This document shows positions 61,681 to 64,000 of a stretch of 64,000 bases of DNA, piece by piece. The first letter of the stretch is position 1, and each line of letters starts with the position of its first letter. The stretch covers positions 256,001 through 320,000 of the forward strand of contig CAWANJ010000006.1 in assembly GCA_963783385.1 (NCBI GenBank), written 5' to 3'. This DNA is from an uncultured Gemmatimonadales bacterium (GTDB lineage: Bacteria; Gemmatimonadota; Gemmatimonadetes; Palauibacterales; Palauibacteraceae). Below the pieces are notes generated by a model. The model searched no databases. It saw only the letters and a program-made list of their open reading frames with translations, and was not told the origin of the DNA. The position numbers and the translations under genes were made by a program.

Positions 61681-63517
61681 TCAGAAACCCTTCGGCCGCT
61701 CCTCCGCCACGTCGGCGGCCCGCTCCATGGCCAGCCCCACGCGGACGAGGGTGCCCTCGTCGAACAGGCGTCCCACCAGGGTGACCCCGTACGGCACACG
61801 GCGCGGCGGGGAGAAGGTCGGCAGCGGATGGTCCGGGTTCGGCGCCCAGTCGCTCCTCGCCTTCGACACCTCCACGAAGCCGGTACGGAGGGTGAGCGAC
61901 GGGTGGCCCGTGTTGTTGGAGATCACCAGCATCTCGTCGCGCAGCGAGGGCACGAGGAGGAGGTCCACCTCCGACATCAGCCGGTCCATCTCGGCCGCTA
62001 CCTTCCGGCGCAGGCGGTCGGCCTGCACGAAGTCCACCGCGGACAGGAAGCGCGACTGGCGGAACAGGTTGGGCCAGGCGTCGGGCACCTGGGCCCGCAT
62101 GTCATCGACCTTCCCGCTCAGGGTGAGCTCCTCGAACGCCGCCGCGGCCTCGGCGAACAGCATCACGTTGAGCCCGTCGTACGGCCAGTCGGGGATCGAC
62201 ACCTCGGTCGGCACGAGGCCCAGCTTCCCGAGCACCTCGAGCGCCGCCCGGTCGACGTCCGTGGCCGGCGGCTCCTCCATCCAGTCCGGGAAGTAGCCGA
62301 CCTTGAGCCCCTTCACCGGCCCGGACGCGTCGTAGTCGAGGCGGGATGGAACGCTGGCCGGGTCGCCGGCGTCGGGGCCGCCGATGGCGCGCAGGACCAG
62401 CATCGTGTCCTCGACGCCGCGCGCGATCGGGCCGAGCTTGTCGAGGGTCCAGCACAGCGTCATGGCGCCCGTCCGCGGCACCCTCCCGTAGGTGGGGCGC
62501 AGCCCGTCCACGCCGCAGCGCATGCACGGGTCGATGATGCTTCCCTGCGTCTCGCTCCCGATCGCGAACCCGACCAGGCCGGCCGCCGTGGCCGAGCCCG
62601 GGCCGGCGCTGGAGCCGCCGGCGCCCTCCTCGGTCAGCCACGGGTTCATGGTCTGGCCGCCGAACCAGAATGTCGTTGAGGGCCAGCGCCCCCATGCTGA
62701 GCTTGGCCACCAGCACGGCGCCGGCCTCGTTCAGGCGGCTGACGACCGCGGCGTCGGCCTCGGGGACCCGGTCCCGGAAGGGCTCGGCCCCGTAGGTGGT
62801 CGGGATCCCGGCCGTGTCGAGGAGGTCCTTGGCCCCCCACGGGATCCCGTGCAGCGGCCCCCGGTACCGGCCGGCGGCGATCTCCCGGTCGGCCCGCTTC
62901 GCCTGCTCGAGCGCGTGGTCCTCGGTGAGCGTGATCACGCACCGCAGCTTCGGGTCGAAGCGCTTCAGGCGCTCCAGGTAGATGCGCGTGAGCCGCTCGG
63001 AGGTGAGCTTTCGGCCCTCGATCCAGCGGGACAGGCGCCACACCGGCGCGAAGGCGATGTCCTCGTCCTTCCCGGGCAGGGAGCCGGGATCGGCGGAGGC
63101 CCGCACGAAGCGGTCACGGGACGGCCCCACCTTCATGCCGGGCAGCACGGGGTCCCACACCGTGGCCGGGGCCAGCGCCTCCTCGAGCGCGATCTTCCGC
63201 GGACCCGTCCGGCGCTCCATGAGCCCGGCCATGGAGGTGCGCCAGCTGTCGGCCGCCATCTGCCGGTGCGCCCCGGTCATCTCGACCCGCGCCAGTTTCT
63301 CCGCCTCGGCGAAGGTGGCCACGGACACCTCGGGACCGGCGGCCGAGGACGTGTTGAAGGCCGGCGTGGCGCCGGGGGTGGTGTCTCCGGCCGCGCCGGC
63401 AGCGGCCTCGGCGGAATCGGCGGAGCCGGGGGCCCCGGATTTCCCGCCGCGGCAGGCGGCGACGAAGCCGGCGAGGCCGACGGGGGCGCGAATGAGGAAC
63501 TGGCGTCGGGTGTTCAT
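61681..63517 (-). CDS. Amidase-signature enzyme with Tat lipoprotein signal; apparent 1-nt insertion frameshift near 62669
   Basis: TRRQFL...VAAC, GPLHGIPWGAKD, GGSSAG, GSETQGSI. Deleting one base gives NDIWFGGQTMNPW. Confidence 0.88.
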
Positions 63518-63552
63518 GGATCGTCCACGCTGGAGAATCGGGTAGCGGAGGC

Positions 63553-63774
63553 CTACTCCGGCCGGGCGTAGGACTCCAGGTAGCCGCATCCGGGACACCG
63601 GTATGTCACGACGGGCAGTCGCTCCAGGTCCCGGGTCTTGACGCCGAACCAGAAGCTCCGCTCCGGTTTGCCGGAGGCCCACTCCTCTCGGCGCACCTGG
63701 CCGTAACCGTAATCCGGCCGGTAGCCGGGGTTCATCTCCTTTCGACAGCGGGGGCACTCGTGGGAGTCGATCAC
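63553..63774 (-). CDS. Small zinc-ribbon protein (DUF6487-like)
   Basis: CPRCxxEMxxG...YRCPGCGYLESYA; AGGAGAGG RBS. Confidence 0.8.
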   Translation of the reverse strand: MIDSHECPRCRKEMNPGYRPDYGYGQVRREEWASGKPERSFWFGVKTRDLERLPVVTYRCPGCGYLESYARPE

Positions 63775-63792
63775 TTGACCCTCTCCTGGTTC

Positions 63793-64000
63793 TCAGGCGC
63801 CTCCTGCCTCGGCGAGCGTAGCGCCCTCCGGGATCTCGTCCGGTGGCAGTCCGGAGGCGGCCTCGAGCCGGCCCGTGAAGTTGAAGAAGGAGGCCAGGGC
63901 CGTGATCTCCCAGATGGCGCTCTCGTCCCAACCTGCGGCTCTCAGCTTGTCAATGTCGGTCTCGTCCACGAAGCTCGGGTTCTCGGTCAGCTTGCTGGCA
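63793..64000 (-). CDS. AhpD/CMD-like peroxidase-related protein, C-terminal part; starts beyond the window
   Basis: Manual translation: ASKLTENPSFVDETDIDKLRAAGWDESAIWEITALASFFNFTGRL. Confidence 0.75.
   Translation of the reverse strand, partial: ASKLTENPSFVDETDIDKLRAAGWDESAIWEITALASFFNFTGRLEAASGLPPDEIPEGATLAEAGGA

Overview
A very GC-rich, gene-dense bacterial chromosomal segment of about 58 genes. I see no rRNA, tRNA, CRISPR array, IS element or prophage. Gene content and style suggest Gemmatimonadota (inference, not provable here). Recognisable blocks are msrB, a VPS10/BNR glycosyl hydrolase, a lone type IV pilin, an RND efflux trio, glpD, a suf operon (sufC-B-D-Rieske-S-U) followed by rsgA, ispH, lon, pfkA, sodA, an orphan HcrB-like flavoprotein, a secreted cyanophycinase plus isoaspartyl peptidase, and an AmgK-RapZ fusion with MurU. 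The best candidate for an undescribed system is the five-gene cluster at 3364-9175. It encodes a ThrC-like PLP enzyme, a DUF1611/DgcN-like protein, a MurL/QueC-like PP-loop Zn protein, a creatininase-family amidohydrolase and an enolase-family dipeptide epimerase. Other signals: four sigma54-like promoters (two with a shared TCTAAC-N18-TTAT element), Fur-like and DtxR/MntR-like boxes, two divergent genes whose start codons share one CATG, and five frameshifts that fall in only two sequence contexts. All calls come from motif recognition by eye; no database searches were run.
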